Notes under the pieces: generated by a model
The model's input: only the letters and a program-made list of their open reading frames with translations
Database searches by the model: none
Told to the model about the DNA's origin: nothing
In this document: piece after piece, positions 35,050-49,055 of the stretch
Position numbering within the stretch: the first letter of the stretch is position 1
Layout: the number at the start of each line of letters is the position of its first letter
From: Hemiscyllium ocellatum
Taxonomy: Eukaryota
Assembly (NCBI RefSeq): GCF_020745735.1
Contig: NC_083435.1
Coordinates: forward strand, 11,067,201-11,131,200
Direction: 5' to 3'
Length of the DNA stretch: 64,000 nt
Position numbers and translations under genes: made by a program

Positions 35050-38000
35050 TCAGTCCGAAAATACTGTTTTAAATCTACTCTGTACCCCTGACTGGTGTGA
35101 CCCCATCCTTCCTGTAACGAGTTCAGAAGTTGTGCACAGTACCATCTGCAGTCTTAGGAGAGGTTTGTACTGGAATAATTCCTCAGTTTTTACACTCTGG
35201 GCTATGGCAAATAAAGTGTCCCTTTCCTGAGAGAAACAGATAGGCAAGAAGGAAGAGGGATATCGACCACACAGAGATATTTACGTTTTAACTTGGAGAA
35301 ACATCATGTGTCAGTGCATTCTTGGTGGGCTGTAGGTCCTGTTCCCATGCTTTCATGTCATTTTTTCTTTATTTATTATTTTGTATCTAATTTTTGGACC
35401 AGCCCTGCTACCAGCAGAGGCATGTGGACATGCAAGTCAAGCTTCCTTCGTTCAGAAGAAAGATCTGAAACACTAACTCTGCTTTCTCTCTGCGGCTGCT
35501 GCCAGGTCTGCTGTGTTTCTCCAGCAATTTTTATTTCTGTTCTTCTGCACTTCTTTAGTTTTCAGCGTCCCACTCTTTGTGATGTGTTCCCCTGCCTTTC
35601 TCACTCTCCCTAAACACCTCACACCTCTCTGAATTGAACATCCATTTGCTATTGTTTGTCCCCTTCTGTTGGTGTTCAGAGGGGCAATTTAAATGTGAGC
35701 TGATTTTAAAGGCATGTAAGGATCTGGGTGCGACGTTAAATTTTAGCTCTGTCTGATTTTCATCCTGATGAATTCCTTGCTGGAAAAACCTGAGTTCCAC
35801 TTCCTAACCAATCAGCACCCTTTTCTCCGGACAAACATGAGGTGATGTAATTTTGGAAGTCAATTGCAGGAAGAAGTATACAATGAATAGCCAGACACTG
35901 AGAGGCATTGAAATACAGGATCTCAGGGCATAAGTTCACAGCTCCCTGATAGTGACAACATAAGTAGATAAAGTGCTAAAGAAGGATACAGATTGCTTGC
36001 CTTCATCAGTTTCGACATTCAGTATAAAAGTTGGCAATCACATCGCAACAGTTAAAACATTAGACTTAAAGTAGTATACAGTTCTAGTCATACACCCTAA
36101 GTACAACTTGGAGGATTGGAGAGGGTGCAGAAGAGCTTTACCATGATTTTGCCTGAATTAGTCTAGTAGCTTGAAGGAGACCTTGGACAAACTTACATTG
36201 TTTCCACAAGAACATAAGAGGTCAAGTGGCACCTTGAGAGAAGTGTCAAAAGTTTTGTCAGGTATGGATACAATGCATAGACTGATAGAGTCATAGAGAT
36301 GTACAACATGGAAACAGACCCTTCGGTCCAACCCATCCATGCTGACCAGATATCACAACCCAATCTAGTCCCATCTACCAGCACCCTTCCCATATCCTTC
36401 CAAACCCTTCCTATTCATATACCCATCCAAAGACCTCTTAAATGTTGAAATTGTACCAGCCTCCACCACATCCTCTAGCAGCTCATTCCATACACGTACC
36501 ATCCACTGCGTGAAAAAGTTGCCCCTTAGGTCTCTTTTATATCTTTCCCCTCTCACCCTAAACCTATGCACTCTAGTACTGGACTCCCTGACCCCAGGGA
36601 AAAGACTTTTTCTATTTATCCTATCCATGGCCCTCATAATTTTGTAAACCTCTATAAGGTCACCCCTCAGCTTCCGATGCTACAGGGAAAACAGCCCCAG
36701 CCTGTTCAGCCTCTCCCTGTAGCTCAGATCCTCCAACCCTGGCAACATCCTTGTAAATCTTTTCTGAACCTTTTCAAGTTTCACAACATCTTTCTGACAG
36801 GAAGGAGACCAGAATTGCTCGCAATATTCCGACAGTGGCCTAACCATTGTCCTATACAGCCACAACATGACCTCCCAACTCCTGTACTCAATACTCTGAC
36901 CAATAAAGGAAAGCATACAAAACACCTTCTTCACTATCCTATCTACCTGCGACCCCACTTTCAAGCAGCTATGAACCTGTACTCCAAGGTCTCTTTGTTC
37001 AGCAACACTCCCAAAGACATTACCTTTAAGTGTATAAGTCCTGCTAAGATTTGCTTTCCCAAAATGCAGCACCTCACATTTATCTGAATTAAACTCCATC
37101 TGCCACTTCTCAACCCATTGGGCCATCTAGTCCAGATCCTGTTCAAATCTGAGGTAACCCTCTTCGCTGTCCACTACACCTCCAAACTTGGTGTCATCTG
37201 TAAACTTACTAACTGCACCTCTTATGCTCGCATCCAAATCATTTATGTAAATGACAAAAATAGAGGGCCCAGCACCGATCCTTGTGCACTCCACTGGTCA
37301 CAGACTCCATTCTGAAAAACAACCCTCCACCACCACCCTCTATATTCTACCTTTGAGCCAGTTCTGTACCCAAATGGCTAACTCTCCCTGTATTCCATGA
37401 GATCTAACCTTGCTAATTAGTCTCCCATGGGGAACCTTGACGAACGCCTTACTGAAGTCCATATAGATCACATCTACTGCTCTGCCCTCATCAATCTTCT
37501 TTGTTACTTCTTCAAAAATCTCAATCAAGTTTGTGAGACATGATTTCCCACGCACAAAGCCATGTTAACTATCCCGAATCAGTGCTTGCCTTTCCAAATA
37601 CATGTACATCCTGTCCCTCAGGATTCCCTCCAACAACTTGCCCACCACCAAGGCTAGGCTCACTAGTCTACAGTTCCCTGGCTTGTCTTTACTACCCTTC
37701 TTAAACAGCGCCACACGTTAGCCACCTCCAGTCTTCCGGCACCTCACCTGTGACTATCGATGATACAAATATCTCAGTAAGAGGCCCAGCAATCACTTCT
37801 CTAGCTTCCCACTGAGTTCTCAGGTACACCTGATCAAGTCCTGGGGATTTATCCACTTTTAACCATTTCAAGGCATCCAACACTTCCTCCTCTGTAATCT
37901 GGACATTTTGCAAGGTGTCGCCATCTATTTCCCTACAGTCTATAACTTTCATATCCTTTTCCATGGTAAATACTGATGCAAAATGTTTATTCAGTTTTTC

Positions 38001-41000
38001 CCCCATTTTCTGTGGGTCCACACAAAGTCCACCTTGGTGATCTTTGAGGGGCCCTATTCTCTCCCTAGTTACTCTTTTATCCTTTGTAAAAATCCTTTGG
38101 ATTCTCCTTAATTCTATTTGCCAAAGCTATCTCATGTCCTCGTTTTGCCCTCCTGATTTCCCTCTTAAGTATACTCCTACTGCCTCTATACTCTTTTAAG
38201 GATTCACTCGATCTATCCTGTCTATACCTGACATATGCTTCCTTCTTTTGCTTAACCAAACCCTCAATTTCTTTAGTCATCCAGCAGTCCCTTTACCTAC
38301 CAGCTTTCCCTTTCACCCTGACGGGAATATATTTTCTCTGGATTCTTGTTATCTCATTTCTGAAGGCTTCCCATTTTCCAGCGATCCCTTTACCTGCAAA
38401 CATCTGCCTCCAATCAGCTTTCAAAAGTTCTTGCCTAATACATCAAAATTGGCCTTTCTCCAATTTAGAACTTCAACTTTTAGATCTGGTCTATCCTTTT
38501 CCATCACTATTTTAAAACGAATAGAATTATGATCACGGGCCCCAAAGTGCTCCCCCACTGACACCTCAGTCAACTGCCCTGCCTTATTTCCCAAGAGTAG
38601 GTCAAGTTTTGCACCTTCTCCAGTAGGTACATCCACATACTAAATCAGAAAATTGTCTTGTACACACTTGAGAGATTCCTCTCCATTTAAACCTTTAACA
38701 CTATGGCAGTCCCAGTCATTGTTTGGAAAGTTAAAATCCCTTACCATAACTACCCTATTATTCTTACAGATAACTGAGATTTCCTTACAAGTTTGTTTCT
38801 CAATTTCCCTCTGAATATTAGGGGGGTCTATAATACAATCCCAATAAGGTGATCATCCCTTTCTTATTTCTCAGTTCCACCCAAATAATTTCCCTGGATG
38901 TATTTCTGGGAATATCCTCCCTCAGCACAGCTGTAATGCTATCCCTTATCAAAAATGCCACTCCACCTCCTCTCTTGCCTCCCTTTCTTTTCTTTCTGTC
39001 GCATTTGTATCCTGGAACATTAAGCTGCCAGTCCTGCCCATCCCTGAGTCACGTTTCCATAATTGCTATGATCCCAGCCCCATGTTCCTAAGCATGTCCT
39101 GAGTTCATCTGACTTCCCTGTTAGGCCCCTTGCATTGATATAAATGCAGTTTAATTTATTAGTCCTACCTTGTCCCTACCTGCCCTGACTGTTTGACTCA
39201 CTTCTGTTCTCAGCTGTACCCCTCTCAGATCGAGCTCATTCCTCGCTATCTCCCTGGATCCCATCCACCCGCCTTACTAGTTTAAATCCTCCCAAGCAGT
39301 TCTAGCAAATTTCCCTGCCAGTATATTAGTCCCCTTCCAATTTAGGTGCAAACCGTCCTTCTTGTACAGGTCACCTTTCCTCTAAAAGAGATTCCAGTGA
39401 TCCAAAAATGTGAATCCTTCTATCATATACCAGCTCCTCAGCCATGCATTCATTTACTCTATCCTCCTATTCCTGCCCTCACTGGCTCGTAGCACTGTGA
39501 GTAATCCAGATATTACTACCCTTGAGGACCTCCTTTCGAAATTTCTGCCAACTGTCTGTAATCTCCCTTCAGACTCTCAACTTTTTGTCAGTCTTTTTCT
39601 GTGATAGAAATGTCAGATATTAGGGGGTGCAGATTTAAGATGGGAGGAGACAAGATGTGAGAAAAGGTTTTTCCACAGGCAGTGGTAGATGTAGGGAACA
39701 CGCTGCCAGGGGAGCACAGTCATTGTATGGCCAAAAAGCCTGTTCCTGTGCTGGACTGTCATCTGTTCACTGGATGTTGTGATGATCTCAAATTTAGCAT
39801 TCTTGCATTTGTCCTGAATGTATGCAAATTGAAGAGCTTCAGAGACACATTTCTCTTTTCAGGGTAATCCTGCAGTGTTGAATACAGCTGGTTGTTCTCC
39901 ATGGTCCATTGATATTGGCAGAAGCACAGATTGTTCTGAACAAACAGGTTCATGCTTGAGCTGTTGCACAATCATTTAAAAGAACGTCAACACTGGTCAA
40001 TGAAAATTGGCTCTTTTCATGATTCAGGTTTGTCTCTGTTAAATAAAATGTGGATATTAAAGCAAATGTAACTTAAGGCAATCCAGTCCAATCTGAGCAT
40101 GCACAGGTCAGTGAAATTGCTTGCATTTGTGGTTGTGGTTCCAGTTAATGTATGAAAGATATTGTTTGTCCAGGTGAGATATGAGCCTGAGGATCAAAAT
40201 TCAGAACAGCAGCATTCAATTCTTGATGGACAGGTTTGGATTTTACAACCAGTACCGTCACTTTAAATAACCCCATATCTTGACAATGAAACTGAGATTC
40301 TCAAAATGCAGTCATTAGCTAAGCTCACGTGCTCTGCATTATTAGATCAGGATTACCAAAATAATACTATATTAAAGTGAAGAGGTAAATATAGGAACAT
40401 AGGAATCATGGTAGGGCATTCAACCCCTTAAGCCTGTTTCACTGTTCATTGAGATCTGTGGCCTAACTCCATATACCTAGAAAATACCTATCTCAGATTT
40501 AAAATTAAAAACTTATCTGGCATCCACTGACACTTGTGAAGAGAGTTCCAAAGCTCTGTGTGTAGACCTTTATGCGTAGAATGCTTCCTAATGTCTCTTC
40601 TGAATGGTCCAGTCCTAATTCTCACACTATGCCCATTAGATTTAGAATTCCCCAACCAATGCAAATAGTTGATGTTTACCCACCCTGTCATTTCCTATTC
40701 ATATGCTGAGAGGAAATGGTCTAAAATGGGTGCAGGTGGAGATGGAAGGTTAAGACTGTGCATTATGCTCATTCTGTATCTCCAACTGTCCATCTCTCTT
40801 TGTCTCCCCCTTTCAGTTCGGGAACAATCTGAGCCTGGAGAGATTAGATTTTATGTACATTCCCTCTAAAAATGGATGGAATTGTTTTCCACTTCTTTTT
40901 GAACGATGAGACAGAAGGTTCAAAGGACTTAACAGCAGGAGTAGGTCACTTGGCCTATCAAGCTGTCTGATATTCGCGGAGATCTCACCTCCACTTTCCT

Positions 41001-41760
41001 GGCTGTACAGCTTAACCTTCTATTCCCTTGCCTAAGAAAAATATATCAAACTCAACTCTGGATAATTTTAAAGACCCAGTACCCTCTTCTTTCTTGGGAA
41101 GACAATTCCTCACTTTGGTGATTAAAAAAAAAACAATTCTCCCCTATCTTTAAAGGGAAACTTCTCATTCTTAAAGTATGTCACATAGTTTTAGACTACC
41201 TCCCACAACCTGCAAGAGGAATCAACCTTTAGATTTCTACCTTATCCAGTCCCTCAAGGTCCTATAGCATCCCTCATTTCACCAAGACAATCCTGCCCTA
41301 TCCATTCAAATCTCTACGTTCTCTCATTCTGCTTCCAAGATCCTGGTGTGTCCCATTTCTCAACTACTGTGCCATTTTATCATTGTCTGTAGGCAATGGA
41401 ATACCACCAATTGCACATACCCCTGTAAACCACTCACCATTTTGATATCACGGTTCCTTCCTTGTTATTGTGGGCAATATAGTGGAATTGCCTCCCCAAT
41501 AGTATTGAGTGCACCACAAAAAAGGATTTCAGCATCACACCACATCTCAATCCAGCCAACTCAGCTAACCAACTTTCTGATCAGGCATGGCATTGATTAT
41601 ACTGCATAGTATTCCTGAGGGTTTTACCACTTAATCTCTGACCCCTAACTGCCCCAGCTCTCTCTCAGCATTGGTTACCCTCAACAACCATTGTCATGGT
41701 AAGCACCAGTCCCCAGCCAACCACAAATTGAACAGAATCTTCCATTCCTGATTGGATGTT
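35050..41760. repeat. Paralogous block, copy 2 (homologous to 3330..7260), expanded by CR1 insertions 35830..39600
   Basis: Same anchors as copy 1, in the same order and orientation. Confidence 0.8.
36280..39590 (-). mobile_element. CR1 LINE, ~3.3 kb, same family as 24420..27990, disrupted
   Basis: MRGKSCLTNLIEIFEEVTKKIDEGRAVDVIYMDFSKAFVKVPHG; QWVEKWQMEFNSDKCEVLHFG; 3' tail ...ctctatgactc. Confidence 0.92.
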
Positions 41761-42830
41761 CCAATTGCTTATGGAAATTGGCAAAAATGGCAGGGTAGTT
41801 GAGAAATGAGATCTTGGAATCAGGGAATAAAAGTGTTGATAGAAAAGCCTTGACATGCACCCAATGGTTTCTCTCTCATTCTGTGTTTGGCTGCCTGTAC
41901 AATCACAATTCCAGGAGAGTCTGGATCAATCCTGGAGGATTAGTGTCTTGGCTTTTCCCCCTGTGTTTCAGTGTGGATGCAGTAGAATAGAGAAGACTTT
42001 CCAACTCCAAAAATTCATTTCTGTTTTATTAAAAATATGGAGCTTAGTCCTTCAAAGATTAGAATAAGCAAATAACATCTTTTACGTAGTAAAACATTAA
42101 AGGCACTTCACAGGATTGGAATCGTACAAAACACAGCATCAAGCACAATGGATTGATGATATCAGATGGTCATTAACTCAGTCAATGGAACTTTAAGAGA
42201 GTCTTGAGTTTTGAAAATGTGGCAGAGGGTTAGAGGTAGTTGAGAGATGATCCCCAATGATGAAGTGATTAAGAGCAATGTCACCTCTCCAGAGGCCAGA
42301 ATAAGATAAACAAAGACGTCTTTTTTTTGGGGGGGGTGTGGGGAGGGGGAGTGTCAGAGTTCTGCGACTGGGGAAGAATATACCAATGGGAAGGATTGGT
42401 GACACATAGATGGATTTAAAAATAATAATGAGAACTTTAAAACCTGGGAGTCAATGCAAGTCAGCGAGCACTGGGGCCAGAGGAGAACGGGATTCGCTGC
42501 AAATAGAGGACCCTCTGCAGTTTTGTGGACAACCTCCGATTTATGGAGAATACTACGTGAGGGAACCTGCCAGGAACACACTGGAATAGTCAAGCCCAGA
42601 GGTGACCAGGGTGGGGATGAAGGTTTCAACAGTGGATGAGCTGAGATGGGTGTGGAATCTGGGGCTGTTATGCCAGTGACTGACTACTGTATATCCATAT
42701 GCCTGGTAACAGTCTGAGAGGAAGTCAACATGAAGTCAAATATGACAAAGATTCCTGGCTCTTTAGTGAAAAGGGAGTGAGGTGGAAGTAGGCAGTCTTT
42801 TTGAGGGTGCTTGGAAGCTCATCTTTACAT

Positions 42831-43110
42831 TAGGAATGAGGAGGGTGTGCCAAGCAGGCTAAGATAAAAGGTAGGGAGGAGGGACTTGGGGGAGGGTCGT
42901 AGGGAATGCGATAGGTGGAAGGAGGTTAACCTCCTCTCCTCCCTACTTTTTATCTTAGCCTACTTGGCACACCCACCTCATTCCTGAAGAAGGGCTTATG
43001 CCCGAAACATTGATTCTCCTTCTCCTTTGATGCTGCCTGACCTGCTGCGCTTTTCCAGCAACACATAGTTAAGCTCTGATCCCCAGCATCTGCAGTCCTC
43101 ACTTTCTCCG
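42831..43110. mobile_element. Fold-back PLE mini-insertion (family A) with 15-bp TSD
   Basis: Arms 42833..42881 / 42936..42984; HHR CTGAAGA-agggcttatgccc-GAAAC begins at 42984; TSD agctcatctt(t/c)acat at 42816..42830 and 43111..43125. Confidence 0.85.
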
Positions 43111-44391
43111 AGCTCATCTTCACATCAAATCACGAGCAGACTGGAATTATCTGAGATTGTCGTCATTAAGGTGACACACGGATCTTATAACTCAGGAACT
43201 GCATTTGGAGTGGAAGTGAAAACAATGGGTTCACTCATCCCAAAATTTAATTGGAGAAATGTTCTTGCTCACTCAGGACTGGCAATCCTACTAACTGCCT
43301 GATCATTTAGCATCAGAACAGGGGTCAAGAGAGCTGGGCAGTGAGGGGGAGCAGGGGATTGTCAATGTTCAGAGGAGAGTTTGTTGGATAAGGACACTAA
43401 GCGCTAGTCGCTGGCCAAGAGGAATGGTGAGCAGTCTTAGCAGACAAGAGCAGGGACCCAATACTGTTACACTTTATGTGGTTCAGCCAAATAAGATGGC
43501 AAATGGTTAAACCACTTGTCTAACTCATCTGAATGCTCTAGGATAACAGGGCAGGGATGAGGAGCAGATTGGGCTAATGACCATGGTGAGAGAGAGAGAG
43601 AGAGAGAACAGTAAGTTACAAGGGGCATTGAAAGCTGAAGTGAATTGAATGAAAGGTCTCACATGTTCAGAACCATGGACTTTTGGAGCAGGTAGAAATT
43701 GTCTTTTGGATTGAAATCGCCAGAGGAGCAGAAATTCAACACAAAATGTGCAAGATGGCCTCTTACTGTGCTTAAAATAACTCATCTTTCTAAGTTTAGT
43801 CATAGTTCGGTATGAGCTTTAAACGTTTAGTTCAACATTCAACACTTAACTGCAGTGACAACTAAATTTTGCTTTACAGAAGGAGTAGATGTATTAGTGT
43901 TAGATAAAGGAGCATTTATAGCTCAAGCAGAGACAGGGATATTAATCTGTGCCCCAAGAGCATTAATCTGGTTACTAGTCACTACCAAAAATCATCGTCT
44001 CCATTTATATCTGCACCATCTCAGCAATTCTCGTGTTTCTCCAGCTTCCCCTTAAGCAGGTTATTATTCATTTCAACTGCTCCATTAGGAATTATTAGGA
44101 ATTACTTTTGAGTCATGGCACTGATGTTTGGTCTAGTACATTGCCTTTCAAGTTAATACCTTCAAGATGGGAATGGGCCTGAGTAGGGCGAGTGTGACCC
44201 ATTCTCACATGGGGGAAAGGGCTCAGCATGTACAAACTTCTTGTGTCAGCCACACAGGTGCCAGTGTGGATTCACTTCGCTGAGCATGACAAATCTTGTA
44301 AACCATTTAAAAATAAGAATGGCAATGTCCATGTCACTTATTGTCATCTTGTTCCCTTTGCAACAGTGAATTAGTTTCACTCCTTCTCGAT

Positions 44392-44960
44392 CTAAATTGT
44401 CCAAGGCCCATCGCGTAAGGTCTGCTTGACACTAGACAATGGGGAATTAAAGGGGCAGATTGTCATCTCCTCCCGGGATCCCCAGGGGCTGAAGAATGGG
44501 TAGATCTTCTCCGTGAATTGTGCCGTGAAGCTATGGATTAGCACCATGTGGTCGGCATCATAGAAACGAACTATCCCCTCTTCACAGTTCAGGTAGATGC
44601 CTATTTTCTGAGCCATGGTCTTGTACTCTAGGGTTTCAGGGCTTATTTCATTGGCCTCGTAGGTATCACCCCGCTTCCCGATGGACCAGTACCCGTTCTC
44701 CGGGCTCAGCGTGATCCACTCTTCCCTGGAGATGGACTCTTTGGCTACTCCCAGATCCCAGTCCGGCTTGTTGCCCACCAGCACCTCCCAGTATTGGCTC
44801 CCGCTCTCGTACCCTTCTTCCGCGATCACAAAGAGCCGGGAGGTGAACCTCTTTGGGCTTTCTGGAAGTTCTTGCCAACTGTCGCTGAACGTCACAGTCA
44901 GCCGGTTCTCGGAGATTATCAGGTAAGGGTTGGCAGTCTCCGGGTCGTAGGTCACAGGTA
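44392..44960 (-). CDS. Gene A last exon: B30.2 (PRY/SPRY) domain
   Basis: tattgacag|TA..: VPVTYDPETANPYLIISEN...RF...EGYESGSQYWEVLVG...WDLGVAKES...GYWSIG...KIGIYLNCEEGIVRFYD...IYPFFSP. Confidence 0.93.
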
Positions 44961-46499
44961 CTGTCAATACAAAAGGAGGTCACAGGTCAGGAGGTTTTTG
45001 ATGGCAATTGTCCACAAATCACTGATGTGAGTGGGCAACTGGGAAAGGGTTTAAAGAACCACAGCGCAGGAGAAGGCCATCCAGCTCATTGTGAGTGTGA
45101 CAGCTCTTTTATAAAGTTATCTGATCAGTCCTCTGCCTTTTCCCTATGGTCTCAAGGGAGGTTGGAATGGATTGAGCTTCGATCAAGCCCTGTATGCCGC
45201 ACTGTTCTGGGCACCAGTACGTAAGGAGGACATGGTAACCTTGGAGCAGATGCATTACAGTTCCACCAGCATAAAACCAAGGCGCGCAGGATTAAATCGA
45301 TCGGGTTTTATTTACCTTAGACGTAGAAAATGAAGGAATGTTCCAACTGACACATTTAATATCTTTATAGGTTTTGATTGGAGGGAGACAAGGTGAAACA
45401 CTTCCCCCTTGTTGTGCATAGGGGTGGAATATACAGAGAGACAGAATCTCTAATTCCAAACAAGGCTGTTCAGGTGTCTATCAGGAAGCAATTTCTCTCA
45501 CAAAGGATAGTGGAGATCTGGAAGTCAGAGGGAGCCACAATTGAAGCAACATTTTTTCAAAACATTAAGAATGGCCTTCTTCAGTTCATGTGCGGAGATT
45601 GAGGCGATAGGGACAAATTGTGTACAAACTGGATCAGTACCTGAGCGGACTGTGCCAGGTTTTAGTGGGTCAAAGAATGAATGATTGGCTGGGGAATGTT
45701 CCTGCTGTTTACATGACGCTGTGCGATCGTAAACAGCCAACTGCAGCAACTCTCAAAGGATGGCCTTCGCAGCTAAACACCCGCAGCACAGGCAGAGTTC
45801 TGGTTATCTTATACCTGAAGGGAGGGGATCAGAACTCCCAACACGATTCCCAGGAAATGAGGGAGGAATGCGACAAAGTGACTGGAAAACCTTCCTCACC
45901 TGCAGCAGTGATGACCCTCTCGGCAGCTGAAAACACAGAGAATCAAAGTCAAAAGGTCATCAGGCAATTTCAACAACCCCCACCAATTCAGCTTGACTTG
46001 TATCACAGCAAATAACCACTAACACCCGCCACACAGCTTAATGTGTCCAACAAACATCAGGATCTCTTGAGGTCCACAAGGAGTATGAAGGAAGCGGAAA
46101 AGAACTTAAACAAAAAGTTAAGGGGGCTGGAAGGGGCCATGATGTATGCTTGGCAAGTACGAACCAGGAGAATGCCGAGGCATTTTATAGGAGCAAGAGG
46201 TTAGCTTGAGAAAGGGTAGGTCCGCTCAAGGACAAAGGAGGGAATTTGTATGGAGCCAGAGGAAATGGACGATGTCCTTAATGTGTACTTTCCATTGATA
46301 TTCACCAAGGAGAGGGACATCGACCGTGGTAAGGTGAGAGTGAGGGAGTGTATTGCTGTTCTGGGTTTTGACAAGGGGTGGGGGGGGGGGGATGTTGAGG
46401 GAGTGGAGAGGCAAGTGAGGAGATTGCTGGGGCCTTGACAGAAATCATTGTATCCTCTTTAGCCACAGGCAAGGCCCCCGAAGACTGGCTAATAGCTAC

Positions 46500-46730
46500 C
46501 TCTCTGCTCCCACCCCCTCTCTGGCCTATCACCCTCACCCTCATCTCCTTTCACCTATCGTATTCCAAGCACCCCTCCCCCAAATTCCCTCCCCCCTACC
46601 CTTTGTCTCAGCCCACTTGGCACACCAGCCTCACTTCCTGAAGAAGGGCTTATGCCCAAAACGTCGATTCTCCTGCTCCTCGGATGCTGCCTGGCCTGCT
46701 GTGTTTTTCCAGCACCACATTTTTCAACTT
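46500..46730 (+). mobile_element. PLE family A 3' end with HHR remnant, nested between CR1 pieces (46080..46490 and 46735..47325)
   Basis: ggcctatcaccctcacc...CTGAAGA(46638)agggcttatgcccAAAACGTCgattc; flanking CR1 peptides MEPEEMDDVLNVYF and LERMQKQFIRMLPGL. Confidence 0.75.
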
Positions 46731-47805
46731 CATCAGTTGGGTATTGAGTACAAAGGTTGGCAAGTCATGTTGCAGCTGTACAAGACTTTAGGTAGGCCAC
46801 ATTTGCAGTACAGTGTACATTCTGGTCACTACACTATAGGGAGGATGTGGAGGCTTTGGAGAGAATGCAAAAGCAGTTTATCAGGATGTTGCCTGGATTG
46901 GAATGCATTAACTATATGGAGACGTTGGGCAAACTTGGACAGTTTTCGAGAGAGCTTCAGAGGATGATGAGTAACCTAATAAATGTATATAAAATTATGA
47001 TGAATATGGATAGTCCCAGGGTGGAATGTCAAATACTAGGAGGCATAGATTTAAGGTGAGGAGGGAAATGTTCAAAGGACATTTGTAAGGCAATTGTTTT
47101 TAAACATTGTAGGTGGTAGGTACCTGGATTGCCCTGTCAGAGGATGTGCTAAAGGCAGAGATGATGGCAAAGTTTGAGAGGCATTTAGACACACACACAC
47201 ACACACACACGGAATACAGGGATATGAACCACATGGAGGCACGTGGGACGAGTTTAGAATGCCATCATGGTTGGCAAGGACATAGTGGGCCGAAGGGCCT
47301 GTTCCTGTGTTGTATCATTCTATGTTCCATCATGCAGGATGCAATGTTCTGGAAACATTGAAACAGTTATTACCTTTCTACTAAAATGGAGGAAGGATTT
47401 TAGTGTTCCCACAGCAGAGATGTTGCTGATTGGAAACAGTTGAGTCCTTCTCAAGGGATGGGCTTTGTTGGGTCAATGGGTTTTCTGATTGGTAACTTTG
47501 GCTGTCAGGGTGAGGACTGAGGAGTCCCCTTCCTGGTGCAGGTATGAGGCTGAGTAACACACCAAAGGCACACAGCCAGACTGATAACTCCTAGCTCTAC
47601 CCTACACCTTCAACCAACACCATCATCAAACTGTTACACTGTAAAAGGATGCTATTCAGTCCACTGACACTAGCATCTATCATATGTTCAATGATATGGG
47701 ATAACGCTCTACATTGACCCTCTGTGAAAGTGGAGGGAATTGTGTTCAGAGATAGAGAAACACTGAGGATTTACTCAGTGCTACAGCAGCTCAGTTAGAC
47801 CTTAC

Positions 47806-47832
47806 CTGTTTGACACAGTTTCTTCTCTTGAT
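47806..47832 (-). CDS. Gene A 27-nt microexon (D-QEKKLCQT)
   Basis: cttcattacag|ATCAAGAGAAGAAACTGTGTCAAACAG|gtaagg. Confidence 0.8.
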
Positions 47833-49055
47833 CTGTAATGAAGCAAAGATATTTTTATCAATAAAGCATTAGCTCAACATTATATCCAATCACAACAAGA
47901 CCACCAGTCAGCAAAGCCAATTACACCTATTGCCATCTCCAAACACTGACTGACCACACCCAGCCTCATCCTTTTATTGCTGAAACTCTCCTCCATTCCT
48001 ATGTTACCTCAAGATCAGGCGATCCTGATAACACTCCAACACGATCCCTCGGTAAACGGATGGAGACAGCGAGCAACAGAGAAAGAGTGACAGAAAGAGA
48101 GCAAATGTATGAGGGAACAGACACAGAGGGAGAGAGGCAGACAGAGGGAGGAAGGGTGAGAGGGAGAGGGAAAGGGTGAATGAGAAAGATAGTGAGGGAA
48201 AAGACAGAGTGCGACACTCAGTGATGGAGAGAGGGAGGCAGTGGAAGAGAGGCATACAGAGGGAGGCAGTGGGAGAGAAGCAGAATGAGGGCTATACACA
48301 TCAGGTCATACAAATATATGCCTCAGGAGAAGGAGCAGGATACAGCCCCTTGGGTCTGTTCTGTGCATTCAATGGCTGAATGGATTCATCCATATTTCAC
48401 TCGACCCTTTCTAATCACCTTTTACCTCCTTCTCAGCAAGAATCCAGCAACATCTGCCTTCGTGAGATTCAAAGTCTGAAGTCACATGACAGCAAGTTAT
48501 AGTTGCCATGTTTATTTGAAATGCTGCTCCTTTGTCAGGTGAAGTCCTGGTGAAGGAGCAGCATTCTGAAAGCTTGTGAGTTCAAATAAAGCCTGTTGGA
48601 CTATAACCTGGTGTCATGTGACTATGGATTTTGTCCACCTCAGTCCATCACTGGCACCTCCACATCATGACAATCATAGTATTCAATTACTCTGTCTGAG
48701 GAAGAGATCATGATCCTCTCTGAGACTGACACATGAAGAGAGGCTGAATCACTTAGGATTATATTCACCGGAGTTCAGAACAGGACTAGACCACGCTAAT
48801 GCTGGAAGGATGTTACTGATGGAGATCGAAAGATGTGGGCCAAACTATTTAAAATTGAGATGAGGAGAAATTCCTTCACCCAGAGAGTGATGAGCCAGTG
48901 GAATTTGCAAATACAGACAGCGCAACTGAGGCCAAAACTTCACACGATTTCAAGAAGAAGTTGAAGATAGCACTTGGGGCTAAGGGGATATCAGGAACAA
49001 GTGGGAACAGGCTACTGAGTTGGATGTTCAACCATTATCAACATAAAGAATGTTT

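Noticed and set aside
24420-39590. Active CR1 elements
   Set aside because: Both long copies have multiple stops and frameshifts in ORF2.
45620-46015. 131-aa plus-strand ORF in gene A's last intron
   Set aside because: Non-ATG start, no recognisable domain, no splice context; compatible with chance.
48009-48048. Possible extra gene A exon ending at GAG|gtaaca (IVLECYQDRLILR)
   Set aside because: No canonical YAG giving a phase-1, multiple-of-three exon; the gene model is open without it.
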